Part shown: one piece after another, positions 36,101 to 50,238 of the stretch
Numbering within the stretch: the stretch's first letter is position 1
Layout of the letters: every line of letters starts with the position of its first letter
Assembly (NCBI GenBank): GCA_964016885.1
Contig: OZ024744.1
Span: forward strand, 125,116,001-125,180,000
Reading direction: 5' to 3'
Source of the DNA: Eledone cirrhosa
Lineage: Eukaryota
Length of the DNA stretch: 64,000 nt
Position numbers and translations under genes: made by a program
Notes under the pieces: model-generated
What the model was told of the DNA's origin: nothing
The model's input: only the letters and a program-made list of their open reading frames with translations
Database searches by the model: none

Positions 36101-36529
36101 GATACTTATGTGTGGTCTGCAATCTACACCCCAGCCATGCCCCTTCCACTACCACTCCTTAGCTATTTCTCTCCATTAATACTCCTCACATTTCAAGCAG
36201 TTTTCTCATCTCAATGAAAGAAAAATATTGGGCTCAAGAGAAGTCTTCAGTTATGCCATGGTGTGGCAACCTCCCTAGGGTTGGGCAGAGTGTAAATGAG
36301 AGTGAAATTAGGTATGAGAGGGATCATATGCAGTATACAAGAGAGTAGATTACATTGGTATGGTCATGTGATGGGTATAAAGGATGACAGCTGTATAAAA
36401 ATGTGCTGGGCAATCAAAGTTGATGGAAGTTATGAAGGCGGAAGACCCAGGATGACCTGGGATGAGGTGATAAAAGATGACTTTGCACAATTGCAACTCT
36501 CAAAGACAATGACACAGGATAGAGATCTT
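33114..36529 (+). repeat. ~3.4-kb segmental duplication, copy 2 (MITE 33180-33400, RTE 33701-35405, Helitron 35440-35725, RTE 3' 35766-36576)
   Basis: Near-identical to 29463-32856. Confidence 0.95.
35440..35725 (-). mobile_element. Short non-autonomous Helitron (copy)
   Basis: Copy of 824-1109. Confidence 0.75.
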
Positions 36530-37458
36530 GAGATGTATGCAGCAATACAGAAGGCCTGCTTTCCAATGTGCACGGACTCAAACATACATCTAGTAGGCCC
36601 CTCCTAACCACTATACTCCTTTCCAAACTCCCACACTCCCACTTCTGTACACACCACCTTTAGACTGTAAAGTGGTAGTGTACAAGTCACAACAAAAGCA
36701 CCCAGTCCACTCTGTAAAGTTGATGTGTTGGTGTCATAACAAAAGGCACTCAGTCCACTCTGTAAAGAGGTTGTGTAAGTGTCACAACAAAGACATCTAG
36801 TCCACACTGTAAAGTGGTCATGTAGGTGTCACAACAAAAAGTACCAGTCATTATTGTAAAGTGGTTGTATAGGTGTCATAACAAAAAGCACCCAGTCGAC
36901 ACTGTAAAGTGGTTGTGTAGGTGTCAGAACCAAAAGCACCCAGTCCACCCTGTAAAGTGGTTGTGTAGGTGTCATGATAAAAAGCACCCAGTCCACACAG
37001 TAAAGTGGTCATGTAGGTGTCACTAAAAAAGCACCCAGTCTACTCTGTAAAGTGGTCATGTAGGTGTCATGACAAATAGCACCCAGTCCACCCTGTAAAG
37101 TGTTCATGTAGGTGTCATGATGGAGAGTAACCAGTCCACAATGTAAAGTAGCCATGTAGCTGTCACAACAAAGCACCCAGTCCACACTGTAAAGTGGTCA
37201 TGTAGGTGTCATTTCAAAAAGCACCCAGGTCCATGGCTTGGCCTGCTAACCGACGCTATACCCAAGTCGGTCGCCATGCTTTCCAGCATAGAGTTACGTC
37301 TCTTTATGGTCTGAGTTCAAATCACGCCGAGGTTAACTTTGCCTTTCATCCTTACGGGGTCGATAAAATAAAGCACCAGTAATGTACTGGGGTCGATTTA
37401 ATCGACTTTCCCCTCCTCTGCCAAATGACACACACATGCATGGTTCGGGGGAACCTAC

Positions 37459-37506
<48 letters not shown>

Positions 37507-38385
37507 GTAGGTCACTGGTTGAGTCGGTATTAACCACAGTAACTAAGGTACTCAATACATATTAGATATAGGTGTCTTTCTAATTGCTGGCCTTGTTCAT
37601 AAGGTATACACAAGTATGATGTGTGTCTGTTTAACTGTACGTGTGAAAACATCGCGAAATTGCGCCTTTTAATATTTGAATATAAACAGTTAAAAAATAA
37701 TTATTTTAGTAATTTTTAAATATCGATAATGTGTATATAAATATTAGAAATCAATTTAATTAGTTCAGTAACATTACTCGGAGTTAAGATAAACCTTCAT
37801 TTGAAGAAATTCGAGATTTGACCAAATAAATAGATTATGTGATCAATAAAAAAAATATGTATACGCGCTGTGACGACGGGTTGCAGACAGTCAGGCATAC
37901 AGACACATATTTTAAAGCGTGCGACGTTAAAAGTCTTACTCTCTCTCTTTTTAGATAGATAGACTTAATTAAAGCAGTTTCACTCTCTCTATATTTCATC
38001 AGCTCCCTCTCTCTTAAATTGAAAGATTCATTAAGGCTGAAATAATCTAAACAGTAACATCATTTTTCGCCAGCTCTAGCTTGCGTCCAGAGATATACAC
38101 ACACATATATATATATTTTTTTTGTTATCGAGTTGAGCTTTGCCAAGCATAGAATTCCAAATTTGACCATCTCCACTGAAAATGTTCGTGAAATAGTCTT
38201 TAAGAAGCAATTTAATTTTTTCCAACTGAAACTGTAAGTATTTTAAAATTTATTTCAACATGGTCTTAAAAGATTGTTGGCTTTTTTTAAATTCATAACT
38301 ATTTACTATGAAATATAAATTATTAAATCCAATTTATTTGATAACCATGATTTGATTTTATAATTACCTGAATCACGTTAACATG

Positions 38386-38434
<49 letters not shown>

Positions 38435-38694
38435 GTGTGTGTATATATATATATATATAATAATTGTTTCTACGTTACGCAGTGTATTACTGGTACTGTA
38501 TTTTACGATATTAAATATTAAATATTAACTATTAGATATTAAATATTAAATATTAGATATTAGATATTAAATATTAAATATTAAATATGATATCCCTGAA
38601 ATATATATAATGAAATAAATATGGTTTTATAAATGTAATTTCCATTTGTTTAATATCAAATATATATATATATATATATATGTATTTATGTATA

Positions 38695-38752
<58 letters not shown>

Positions 38753-38979
38753 GCAGACACAGACACAGAATATCGTATATATCACACACACACAATTAAG
38801 ACTTGACGTGTTGCAGACAGCCAGACATACAGAGAGATATTTTAAAGCGTGCGACCTTACATTTCTTACTCTTTCTCTTATCAAAAGAGAAAGAGTAATG
38901 CTAACACTTACGTCTACTTCACGCTCTCTTGAACCGTTACAGAAATTGCATCACATCTAATTATAACTTTGTACGTTTG

Positions 38980-39105
<126 letters not shown>

Positions 39106-39139
39106 CGTGTGTGTGTGTATATATATACACACACACGTG

Positions 39140-39201
<62 letters not shown>

Positions 39202-39252
39202 AATACACACACACGTGTGTGTGTATATATATATATATATACACACACACAC

Positions 39253-39337
<85 letters not shown>

Positions 39338-39427
39338 CACACACACGTGTGTGTGTATATATATATATACACACACACACGTGTGTGTGTATATATTTAT
39401 ATATATATATATACACACGTGTGTGTG

Positions 39428-39472
<45 letters not shown>

Positions 39473-39476
39473 GTGA

Positions 39477-39507
<31 letters not shown>

Positions 39508-39603
39508 CACGTGTGTGTGTGTATATATATATATATACACACACACGTGTGTATATATATATATATACATATATATATATACACACACACGTGTGTGTGT
39601 ATA

Positions 39604-42600
39604 TAATAATAATAATAATAATGAAATGATTGTGTACAGTGCTCAGGTGCACTACAACTCATCAAAGGTGCATGTATAGTACATAGAATAATGTACAAAT
39701 GTCAGGAAAATAAACAGTGTATGAGTCATGATATAATAACAATAACAATAATGAAATATTGTGCACAGTGCCCAGGTGCACCACAACCCATCAAAAAAGT
39801 GCATGTACAGTACATAGGGCAATGCACAAACATCAGTAAAATGAACAGTGCACACATGTGTGCATGTGTATGGAAGGGGCACATCAGGTGTAGTTTTGGC
39901 GTATTTCGGGAAGCATGAGTGTCTTAAAGGATGCAGTGTCTCGGCAGCTAACAATTGACGCAGGCAGTTTGTTCCATGTTTCAGCAACTCTGAGCGTGAA
40001 AAAATGTCTGCGAAAGTCATGGGAGCTGTGCTGTTTTCTTATCTTGTAGGCATGTCCACGTGTGTTAGACACATGGAGATCAAAGAGGCGCTCAGGGTTG
40101 CAGTTGGCGAGATGGTTAAAAACTTTGTGGGTATTCACCAAGTCCACTGCCAGATGTCGGAGCTTCAATGAATCCATGCCCAGGGAAGCAAGGCGTTCAG
40201 AGTATGGTAGGTGTCTGATGGAGGGTATGCGCTTGGTTGCACGTCTCTGAACAGCTTCCAGGAGGTCAATGTTCCGAGCAAGATAGGGGTTCCAGACTGA
40301 TGATGCGAATTCCAAGTGTGGTCGCACCATAGCTGTATACAGTTTTAAATAGATGGCTGGAGAGCGGCTAACAAAGGTCTTGCTGAGTGATGCCAAGACA
40401 CCCTCGGCCTTCTTGACAATCTTAGAGACATGCTTTGTCCAACGCAAATCGTTGCCGACAGTAATGCCCAGGTCACGTTCACAAGAGGACTTTTTGATGT
40501 CAGTGTTGTGGAGGGAGTATGTGGACGCTGGATTTTTCCTTCCAAAATGCATGGTGGTACACTTGTCCACAGCCAGCTTCAGTTGCCAGTCTGTGATCCA
40601 TTGCTGCATTGTGTCCAGGTCTGATTTTAGGAAAGAGTTGTAAATTTCAGGATCAGTCCTTTTGATTTCAAGGTACAGCTTGATGTCATCTGCATATTTT
40701 AGTACCGTGGCATTCTGTAAGTTGGCATCTATGTCATTAATATATGCCACAAACAAAAGAGGACCAAGAACAGATCCCTGTGGTACACCAGATGACATCT
40801 CATATGGTGAAGAATGCTGTCCTAGAACCGTGACTACTTTCCTTCGGCTGAGAATGAAGGATTTCAGCCAGTCGAAAAGATCATCCCTCACACCCATTGC
40901 AGAGAGTTTTGCCATAAGTCTTTTGTGTGGCACAGAATTAAAAGCCTTAGCAAAGTCAAGGTAAACAACATCCACCCATGAGCCGCTGTCAGTGATCCGG
41001 GTGATGTCCTCAAGGAACTCGATAAGCTGATCACAGCAGCTGGAGTTAGGGATAAATCCAAACTGTGAGGGCCGGATGAGGCTGTGAGAGCTCCAGAAGT
41101 TCCAAAGTGTTTCTCTGACACAGGATTCCATCAGTTTGGCCATACAGCTAGTAAGACTGACTGGACGATAGTTGACAGGTGACATGCGGTTGCCCTTTTT
41201 GAACAGGGGAATGACACTGGCAGTTTTCCACTGCTCCGGAGTAGCACCATTGCTGAGACAGTATTGAAAGAAAAAAGAAAGCTGGCGCAAAAGGAAATCC
41301 CCGCCACGTTTGAGAAGCAGGTATGTCACACCATCAAGACCAGGGGAGGCATAGTTGCGCTTATTCTTAAGGTGACGTCGCAACATTGCAGGTGTAAATT
41401 CCATAGTTGTTATGGAATTTGATGTTAGAGATGGTGGAGATGGTACATTCTGGTTTTCAACAGTAAAAATACTTGCATAGCACTCAGCAATGAGTTCTGC
41501 GCATTCCTTGGGATCGTCAGTGATCTGGCTTGTGTGGGGATTGCGAAGAGGACCAACTGGAGAGTGAGGTCTCTGCTTTGAATGAACATATTTCCAGAAC
41601 ACCTTACTGTCAGGATTGGTTGCGATGCACTGTTCAAATTCAAGCACTGCCTTCTTTGTCACTTGCTTGAGATGGTTAGAAGATTTATTCCGCTTTTTTC
41701 TGTTGGCATCTGATCTATGCAGTTTATATTCCCGTTCAGCGTTCCGACGTTCTTTCCTGGCAAGTCGGACTGCTGAAGTTTCCCAGATTGCACTTTTGGG
41801 GTGGTTATTTTTCCGCTTCCGTGGCACTGATGCTGCACACGCTATCCATATTGAGTCCAGGATGCTCTGGAGTATAGAGTTCACATCTCCAGAGTTATAC
41901 ATCTCATGCCAGTTTGGGCGCTGTAGCTCAGTGCAGTACAAGTTCCAATCCGCCCTCTTCCAATCAAAGCAAGCAGATTGGAGATGGCTCTGGTTTTTGT
42001 TGCTGCCCTCAAGTGCCAGATTGGCAATGATCATAGCATGATCAGAGTCGCCTAGAGGTTCCTCAGTAGTACAACTGATAACCACTTCAGGAGTAGTGGT
42101 GAAGATCACGTCCAAAGTGTTGTCACCTCTTGTTGGAGAGGTGACTACTTGTGACCAGTTTGAGTCCAGCACTAGTTCAAGGAAATCGTTTGCACCCTGT
42201 GGCCAACGAAAGGTTTCCCAATCGATCTCAGGATGATTGAAGTCACCTGCAATAAACACATAAGTGGCTGTTTTCTTGGCAGCAACTCTGAGGATATCGC
42301 AAAGCTGTGTGTCCTGATGGTAGTTTGGGGGGCGATAAACAACACCAAGCAGAAGTGTTGACATGGTCATACGTATGTCACAGAAAAAAACTTCTTCCTG
42401 TGATTCGTTCAAATCAACGCAAGGAATTACCGAAAAGTTTGAACGAACGTAGACCATCACACCACCACCACGGCGGTTAATGCGGTCCTTGCGGAAAAGG
42501 TTGTACCCAGTAATGGTGAAAACCCCATCACAGAGTAAGGAATGTGCCCATGTTTCCGTGACTGTGATGAAGTCAGGGTCGATGCTTCTGACGTAGGATT

Positions 42601-42860
42601 CGAACAGATGTATCTTGTTGCATAAACTGCGAGCATTTAAGGACAACAATTTGTACCCTGCTCGCAGTCTATGATGGTGTGTAGAGGGTGGCAGGTTGTT
42701 CTGGTTTAGTTTCCCAGAGTTGTAGCAGTTTTTACATTGCCAGTTATTGTGGGTAGATCACACTCAGACCAGCTGGTATCTCTCTTCCACGTTTCACCCG
42801 CCTTGACAAACCTCCAGATCTGCCCATCATCACGCAGACTGAAACTTTCATCTTGTGCTG
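39604..42860 (-). mobile_element. CR1-clade LINE, unit B copy
   Basis: Same ends and flanking microsatellite as 4986-8241. Confidence 0.92.
39884..42649 (-). CDS. CR1-clade ORF2 (APE plus RT, 921 aa), unit B copy
   Basis: Same motifs as unit A. I saw three residue differences (TLDL/TLDV, VTRK/VPRK, YARI/YASI). Confidence 0.95.
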   Translation of the reverse strand: MLSLNARSLCNKIHLFESYVRSIDPDFITVTETWAHSLLCDGVFTITGYNLFRKDRINRRGGGVMVYVRSNFSVIPCVDLNESQEEVFFCDIRMTMSTLLLGVVYRPPNYHQDTQLCDILRVAAKKTATYVFIAGDFNHPEIDWETFRWPQGANDFLELVLDSNWSQVVTSPTRGDNTLDVIFTTTPEVVISCTTEEPLGDSDHAMIIANLALEGSNKNQSHLQSACFDWKRADWNLYCTELQRPNWHEMYNSGDVNSILQSILDSIWIACAASVPRKRKNNHPKSAIWETSAVRLARKERRNAEREYKLHRSDANRKKRNKSSNHLKQVTKKAVLEFEQCIATNPDSKVFWKYVHSKQRPHSPVGPLRNPHTSQITDDPKECAELIAECYASIFTVENQNVPSPPSLTSNSITTMEFTPAMLRRHLKNKRNYASPGLDGVTYLLLKRGGDFLLRQLSFFFQYCLSNGATPEQWKTASVIPLFKKGNRMSPVNYRPVSLTSCMAKLMESCVRETLWNFWSSHSLIRPSQFGFIPNSSCCDQLIEFLEDITRITDSGSWVDVVYLDFAKAFNSVPHKRLMAKLSAMGVRDDLFDWLKSFILSRRKVVTVLGQHSSPYEMSSGVPQGSVLGPLLFVAYINDIDANLQNATVLKYADDIKLYLEIKRTDPEIYNSFLKSDLDTMQQWITDWQLKLAVDKCTTMHFGRKNPASTYSLHNTDIKKSSCERDLGITVGNDLRWTKHVSKIVKKAEGVLASLSKTFVSRSPAIYLKLYTAMVRPHLEFASSVWNPYLARNIDLLEAVQRRATKRIPSIRHLPYSERLASLGMDSLKLRHLAVDLVNTHKVFNHLANCNPERLFDLHVSNTRGHAYKIRKQHSSHDFRRHFFTLRVAETWNKLPASIVSCRDTASFKTLMLPEIRQNYT

Positions 42861-42925
42861 TATATATATATATATATACACACGTGTGTGTGTATTTATG
42901 TATATATATATATATACACACACAC

Positions 42926-42969
<44 letters not shown>

Positions 42970-43084
42970 GTGTGTGTGTGTATATATATTTATATATATA
43001 TACACACACGTGTGTGTATATATATATATATATATACACGTGTGTGTGTATTTATATATATATATATATACACACACACGTGTG

Positions 43085-43115
<31 letters not shown>

Positions 43116-43499
43116 GTGTGTGTATATATATATATCTGTCTCTCTCCCTGTCTCTCACTCTCCCTCTATCCCCCCTCTCTCTCTCTGTCTCTCCCCCCCC
43201 CCTCTCTCTCTCTCTAGTAGTAGAGAGAGACAAAGAGAGAGAGATATAAACGTATAACCCTAACCAAACCCTAACCCAACCCTAACCCCAACCCTAACCC
43301 TAACCTAACCCTAACCCATCTCTCTCTCTCTCTCACCCCCTCTCTCTCTCTCTAGTAGTAGAGAGAGAGACAAAGAGAGAGAGAGATATAAACGTATAAC
43401 CCTAACCCAACCCTAACCTCTCTCTCTCTTCTCTCTCTCTCTCTCCCCTCTCTCTCTCTATTCCCCCCTCTCTATTTCCCCCCCTCTCTCTCTAGTAGT

Positions 43500-43530
<31 letters not shown>

Positions 43531-45193
43531 TATAAACGTATAACCCTAACCCAACCCTAACCCTAACCCAACCCCAACCCTAACCCATCTCTCTCTCTCT
43601 CTCTCTCTCTCTCTTTGTTTTTAACATTGTTTTGTTTTTCTTTTCTTTTCTTATTCAGATGACAAACGGCAGAGGATACAACAGAAGAAAAGAACAAAGA
43701 TAATTATTATTATTATTACTATTATTATTTGTTTTATTATAATCAAAATATGCTGTTAGTTAGATCTGCATTGCGTACATTTTATATAATTTATGCCAGT
43801 TCCTTTTCTGCATATCGAACATGGCCATTTCCCTGACGGAATAGAGTTTTGTCCTCTTTCGTGACACAAAGTACAGCCAGCGGCATCATTGCGGACAGAC
43901 TTAATCCCGAATTGCACTGACACACTGCCTCGCAATACGGAACACCGCACGTCTTTGATCTTCTTCCCGTCGATCAGCCTCCTTGCCATGCTAAGTACAC
44001 CTGACGTCTAGCTTCTCTCTTAGCGGCGGCTTTATATTCTTCTCTACTCCCACTAATTTTCCAAGCATTCCATGCTAGCCTTTAGTCTCCAATGGCCCGA
44101 TCTACCGTGCTGTCCCACCACCATGTCACTCTCTGTCTGGTTGGAACTCTGATCCAGCCACAAGTTTAATCAGTAGCCTGCAATAAGTTGTCACATAAGA
44201 AAATCGAGTTCTCATGTATGTCATACGACTGTGAATCGTCTTCTTTTTCGTCATACACATATTGAAGGGCTTTCCTAAATTTCTATTTTAGTGAAATCTC
44301 TTTTAGCTTCCAGACCTTTCTTTTTTCCACATCTTCCTGTATGTCTCAATCATACCTGGAGCTGTCCAACATGACCATTGAAATCCCCTGCTAGCATAAC
44401 GATGTCTCCGTCCTGTCATTGTGGCTGTTTGTAAAAATTGCTTGTAAATGAAGTCTTTCTTTTCTTTACCTAGCAGAAGCAATTAACACTAACCCAACTG
44501 TAACACTAACCCTAACACTAACTTATGCAGGCCTAGGTAAAGACAAGAAAGATAAAACAAGGAGTGATGCTTCTTGAATTTTGTGATGCAAGTGTTTTAA
44601 CCATTTGCAAAACCAACTTCCACAAACCTGCCTCACTGCCGCCTAATAACCTACAAATCAGGCAAGCACAGAAGCCGGATTTCTCGGTAGTTAGGCAGCG
44701 AGACAGACAGATGGGGTGTGAAGTACCAGGGTGTGCCCCGGGGAGGAATGTTTCCCACAGCGTGGGTTGGTTGTTGGTGATGTCTCGGTTATCTTGAGAC
44801 GGAGTGAGACGTGCAGGAATACTCTCACGGAATCGCCAAATGAGGTTTATTTTTCAACATAGTCCCTGGAATGAAACAATGTGGTTATTAAGAAGAATTG
44901 AAATTAATGTAAGATTTCACAGATCTATGATCAATCCTTCACAGTCAGCTTACAAAGTTTTCAGCCAAACCTTGTGTATTTCCAACATTTCAAACCCTAT
45001 CTAGGACTACATTATCTAATGTACAGTACAGTAGTTAGTATTAGTGGCTATCAGACATAGTGTATCTAAATGCAACATTTTTAACATTGTTTTTTTTTTC
45101 TTTTCTTTTCTTTTCTTATTCAGATGACAGACGGCAGAGGATACAATAGAAGAAAAGAACAATGATAATTATTATTATTATTATTGTTGTTAT

Positions 45194-45587
45194 TCCTTGA
45201 ATCTCAGTCATTGATGTTGGTTAACTGGAAAGTCCGTTGGAATGAATATCAAGCCACTACCTGCAGCCTCAGATATTCAGGACGTATCGGAGGGTTCTTG
45301 CTGTTCCAAGCAAGCATGCCTTTTGAAGCGTTCCAAAAAGCGTGAAGGGGCCGATTTTCTTTAACCATCCCTGGAAACTTTTGGAGATGGACAAAAAACT
45401 GGAACACAATAGACCTGACCTGGTGGTTGTGGACAAAGAAAAAAGATCGTGTCTGATTGTGGATGTGGCCTGCCCGTTCAACACGAGAGTGCAAGAGAAG
45501 GAGAGGGAGAAAATTAACCGATACCAGGACCTAAAGTGGGAGGTGAAAAGGATTTGGAACTTCCATGAAGTCAAAGTGATCCCGATT
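45194..45587 (-). mobile_element. R4/Dong-like 5'-inverted fragment, unit B copy
   Basis: ORFs 45269-45574 and 45342-45743 are identical to unit A. Confidence 0.85.
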
Positions 45588-45588
45588 G

Positions 45589-45629
<41 letters not shown>

Positions 45630-46192
45630 TATTATTTGTTTTATTATAATCAAAATATGCTGTTAGTTAGATCTGCATTGTGTACATTTTATATAATTTA
45701 TGCCAGTTCCTTTTCTACATATCGAACATGGCCATTTCCCTGACGGAATAGAGTTTTGTCCTCTTTTCTACTCATCAACACTCATTCGTGACACAAAGTA
45801 CAGCCAGCGGCATCATTGCGGACAGACTTAATCCTGATTTGCACTGACACACTGCCTCGCAATACGGAACACCGCACGTCTTTGATCTTCTTCCCGTCGA
45901 TCAGCCTCCTTGCCATGCAAAGTACACCTGACGTCTAGCTTCTCTCTTAGCGGCGGCGGCTGTATATTCTTCTCTACTCCCACTAATTTTCCAAGCATTC
46001 CATGCTAGTCTTTAGTCTCCAATGGCCCGATCTACAGTTTCTGTCTCAACTCGTCTATGCTTGGTCGTTCCCGCACATTGACATTGCACATCCAACGGAG
46101 CATGCTTGCTTCATTTCTCTCCAGCCGTCGCATGTCCTCTGCAGTTGCTGCCCGTGTCTCACTACCATGCAGCATCGCGCATCTAAACCTGG

Positions 46193-47063
46193 CCCTTACC
46201 CTAACCCCAACCTCTTTGGTTTTCGTTTTCTCGACGGCTAGCCGCATTTCGTGATCCGCCTTTCGATTGCGCTTCCGTCGCGGCAAAAGAATTGCCTTTC
46301 CAGACCGCCGTCGCCCGACCGGACCCATGATAGAAGACGTTCGTTACCGTTGGAGCAACGCAAATTACTCCTCGGTTGACGCCAAAAACGAACGCCTTCC
46401 CGCCTCGCGCCGCCTTCTCCTCGCCGACCCTCGGCCTCGACGATTAGCCACTTTCCGTCACAGCAGTAGATACGCGTCCGTCGTAATAGCCGTCATTTTA
46501 ACGCAGGAGAAACGCCTAATTGCCCTGCACCGCGTTTGACGGCGATCTACGACGGCGACGATGCGCGCACTCTTCCTTGCTGCGACGAAGGTTTCGGCTT
46601 TTCGTCGTGGACCCGGTCAGGTCATGCCGCTGACCTCGCGTTACGGCGACGCGAGAAGACGTTCGTTACCGCTGGAGCAACGCAAATTACTCCTCGGTTG
46701 ACGCCAAAAACGAACGCCTCGCGCCGCCGCTTCCTCCTCGGCCTCGACGATTAGCCGCTTTCCGTCACAGCAGTAGATACGCGTCCATCGTAATAGCCGT
46801 CATTTTAACGCAGGAGAAACGCCTTGACGACGATATACGACGGGTCGACGACGCGCGCACTCTTTCTGCTGCGACGAAGGTTTTGGCTTTTCGTTGTGGA
46901 CCCGGTCGGGTCATGCCTCTGACCTCGCGTTGCGTCGCCACCGCCGCGGCGGGCTTGGGTTTAGCCGTAGCTACCCTCGTTTTGCCAACGGCGACGCGAG
47001 AAGACGTTCGTTACCGCTGGAGCAACGCAAATTACTCCTCGGATGAGGCCAAAAACGAACGCT
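46193..47063 (+). repeat. Diverged spacer/ETS paralogue, unit B copy
   Basis: Copy of 11575-12445. Confidence 0.9.
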
Positions 47064-47141
47064 GAAGAGATATTGTCCATGGATATCGGGAATTTTACCC
47101 GCCCTAGATAGATAGATAGATAGGGATGTATGTATGTATGT

Positions 47142-47183
<42 letters not shown>

Positions 47184-47562
47184 GTATGTATCTTTCTCAT
47201 TCTCTCTGTATGTATGTATGTATGTATATATATATAATTATATATTTATAGACATCCTGAAAGCTTTTTAAATGTCTGAGAGATTGGCTAAATATGTTTT
47301 GCAGGTATGACCAGTAAGAGAGAGGTAAGTTATTTCAAAACAATTCTTTGACCATTATTTTAAGGTACTATCTCAGTGTATTTTTAAATTGACCTCTTGA
47401 TAGGATGAAATGACCTGTATAATTTTTTTCATATTTAGATGGAATAGAAGAAAAACAAGAAAAATGAAATGAATTCAAACAGAAAATATACACCAATGCC
47501 AATGGAGGTATGATTTCAGTTTAATCTTAACCTAATGACCACTTTACAGAGTGTACTGGATA

Positions 47563-47645
<83 letters not shown>

Positions 47646-48097
47646 AGGAAGCTCCAACCGTTAAGGTTGTCTTTCCATTTATTAATATATTGTGTATTTA
47701 CTCCACTAAACTGTTGAGTGCTTTATATCAGTTATAAAAAAATTTCAGCTTGTTGAATCCCAAAATAGTTGTTGAAACAGCCACAGCTCAGCCGTCGGGG
47801 TCCTGAATATTTATCATATATATATACGTATGAGTGTGTGTGTTTTGAGAATTAATAATTATATAAACAAGTTTGTAATGAACAATTTATTTCTTATCAA
47901 AACTGTATAAACATGATATTATTTACAGTAAGAATAACAATAATAATGATGGTTTCTAGTAAAGGTGGAAGGCCAGTAATTTGGGGGAGGGGAAAGTTGA
48001 TTAAATCGAAGAGAGAAAGAAAGAAAAAACAGAACGGGAAGGAGAGGGGATGGCAAGAGGTCCGGTGTCGCAGGAGAGAGGGGAGGGTGGTTGAGCT

Positions 48098-48585
48098 TTG
48101 AGTCTAGGGCAAGAGGGCAGAAATGCTGCGCCCCACGGATAAGACGGCAAAAATATTCTCGCGGACGATGGCCAGAGATACCCAATGCAACAACCACCCA
48201 ACCTCGCGGTGTTCCCTCCTCAGATGGGCTGCTGACTCTCCGATCTTTTGGAGGAGCTCGGCAGTACAAGGTCCAAGTACTCCTGGGGTCTCGACGTTGA
48301 CTGGTGCAGAGAGGAAGTGGCCGGACAATCCTCGGTATTTGTTTATTTTACGTTCTTCTGCGAGGTGGGCTGCGATGCCGGGGTTTGTGACCGAAACGAC
48401 TTGGAAACGAAGTTGTAGGCGGAGATTGTGTCGTAGCTGGTGGTGTCCCAGATGAGGGACCTACGTCCTTCGAATGGGAAGAGAGTGATTCCGTCGGGGC
48501 GCTTGCCATCTCCGGGACCTGTTGGCCCCAGTTGTGATGGGAAGCCAGCTGCGTCCAGGCTTCTTCTCAATATGTCGTTGACAAC
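48098..48585 (-). mobile_element. CRE-like fragment, unit B copy
   Basis: ORFs 48104-48328 and 48343-48570. Confidence 0.8.
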
Positions 48586-49134
48586 GACGTGTATCTATTC
48601 AATAATTATTTGAATATTGAAATTTTAGGTTTAACTACCTTTTAAACCAAATACATTAAGAAAGGCATGACCAACACCACATCATTTTTATTTCTATTTT
48701 GAAAGTAGGTTTATAAGTATTAAATTTCAGTAGATTCTTATATCCTTCATGGTGGTCTGGTGGGAGATACGAGAGATGGTGGAGGTTCTGGTCTGGGGTT
48801 CAATCCTGCTCAGGAGATACTCTAAGGGGGTTCATACTAAACTTCTTCAGTGTTTCTTATCTCTAGAGACAAATATATATACATAAGGTAATCTGGTAAA
48901 GTTGTTAGAACATCACATAGAATTCTTTGTAGTATTTTTTCCAGTTCTTCAATCTGAGTTCAACTTTACTTTTCTTCCATTCGGGGTTGATAATAACGTA
49001 CCAGTCAAATACTAGGGGTTAATTCTTCCTCTATATCTCTTTCTCACTCTCTGTCTGTTTTATTAAGACCTGGAGAGGTGATGTACTCTACCAGGTTTTA
49101 TAATGAGTGATGGGGTCATACCTGCCTGCTACAC

Positions 49135-50238
49135 CTCTGTGTACTAAGTGTAGCATATTATATCCTTGTTCAGGGCCTTCCTGACATTACTGTGTACTAA
49201 GGGTAGCATTTTATATCCTTGTTCAGGGCCATCTTAACATTGCTGTGTACTAAGTGTAGCATATTATATCCTTGTTCGGGGCCTTCCTGACATTAGTGTG
49301 TACTGAGTGTAGATTTTAACATCCTTGTTCTGGGCCTTCCTAACATTACTGTGTACTGAGTGTAGATTTTAACATCTTTGTTCAGAGCCTTCCTTACATT
49401 ACTGTGTACTAAGTGTAGCATTTCATATACTTGTTCTGGGCCTTCCTAACGTTACTGTGGAAATAGTAGTTTATATCCAATATGTAATATAGATATGGAT
49501 TCTACAGGACTAAAACTCATTAATATGAGGGGTATTAGTAGATTATATGCCATATTTAATAGAGAAATGGCTTCTACAAGACTAAAACTCATTAATATGA
49601 GGGGTATTACAGTTTATATGCCATATTTAATACAGAAATGGCTTCTAAAGGACTAGAACTCTTTAAATTGAATAAAATAGTAGTATATATCCTATGTTTA
49701 ATACAGAAATGCCTTCTAAAGGACTAAAACTCATTAATATGAGGGTATTAGTAGATTATATAACATATTTAATACAGAAATGGCTTTTAAATTCAGGGAC
49801 TCGTTAATTTGATGGAAATAGTAGTGTCTATGCAATATTTAATACAGAAATAGCTTCTACAGGACTAAAACTAATTAATATGAGGGGTATTAGTAGTATA
49901 TGTGCCATATTTAATACAGAGATGGCTTCTAAATGGAGGTATCTCATTAATTCGATTGAAATGGTAGTGTATATGCAATATTTAATACAGAAATAGCTTC
50001 TACAAGAATAAAACTCATTAATATGAAGGTTATTATTACATTATATGCCATATTTAATACAGAAATCGGTTCTAAAGGACTAGAACTCTTTAATTCAAAT
50101 CAAATAGTAGTATAAAGCAATATTTACTACAGAAATGGCTTCTACAAGACTAAAAATCCTTAATATGAGGGGTATTGTTAGATTATATACCATATTTAAT
50201 ACAGAAATGGCTTCTAAATGAAGAAATCTCTTTAATTC
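49135..50238 (+). repeat. 54-bp and 71-bp minisatellites, unit B copy
   Basis: Copy of 14515-15612. Confidence 0.9.
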
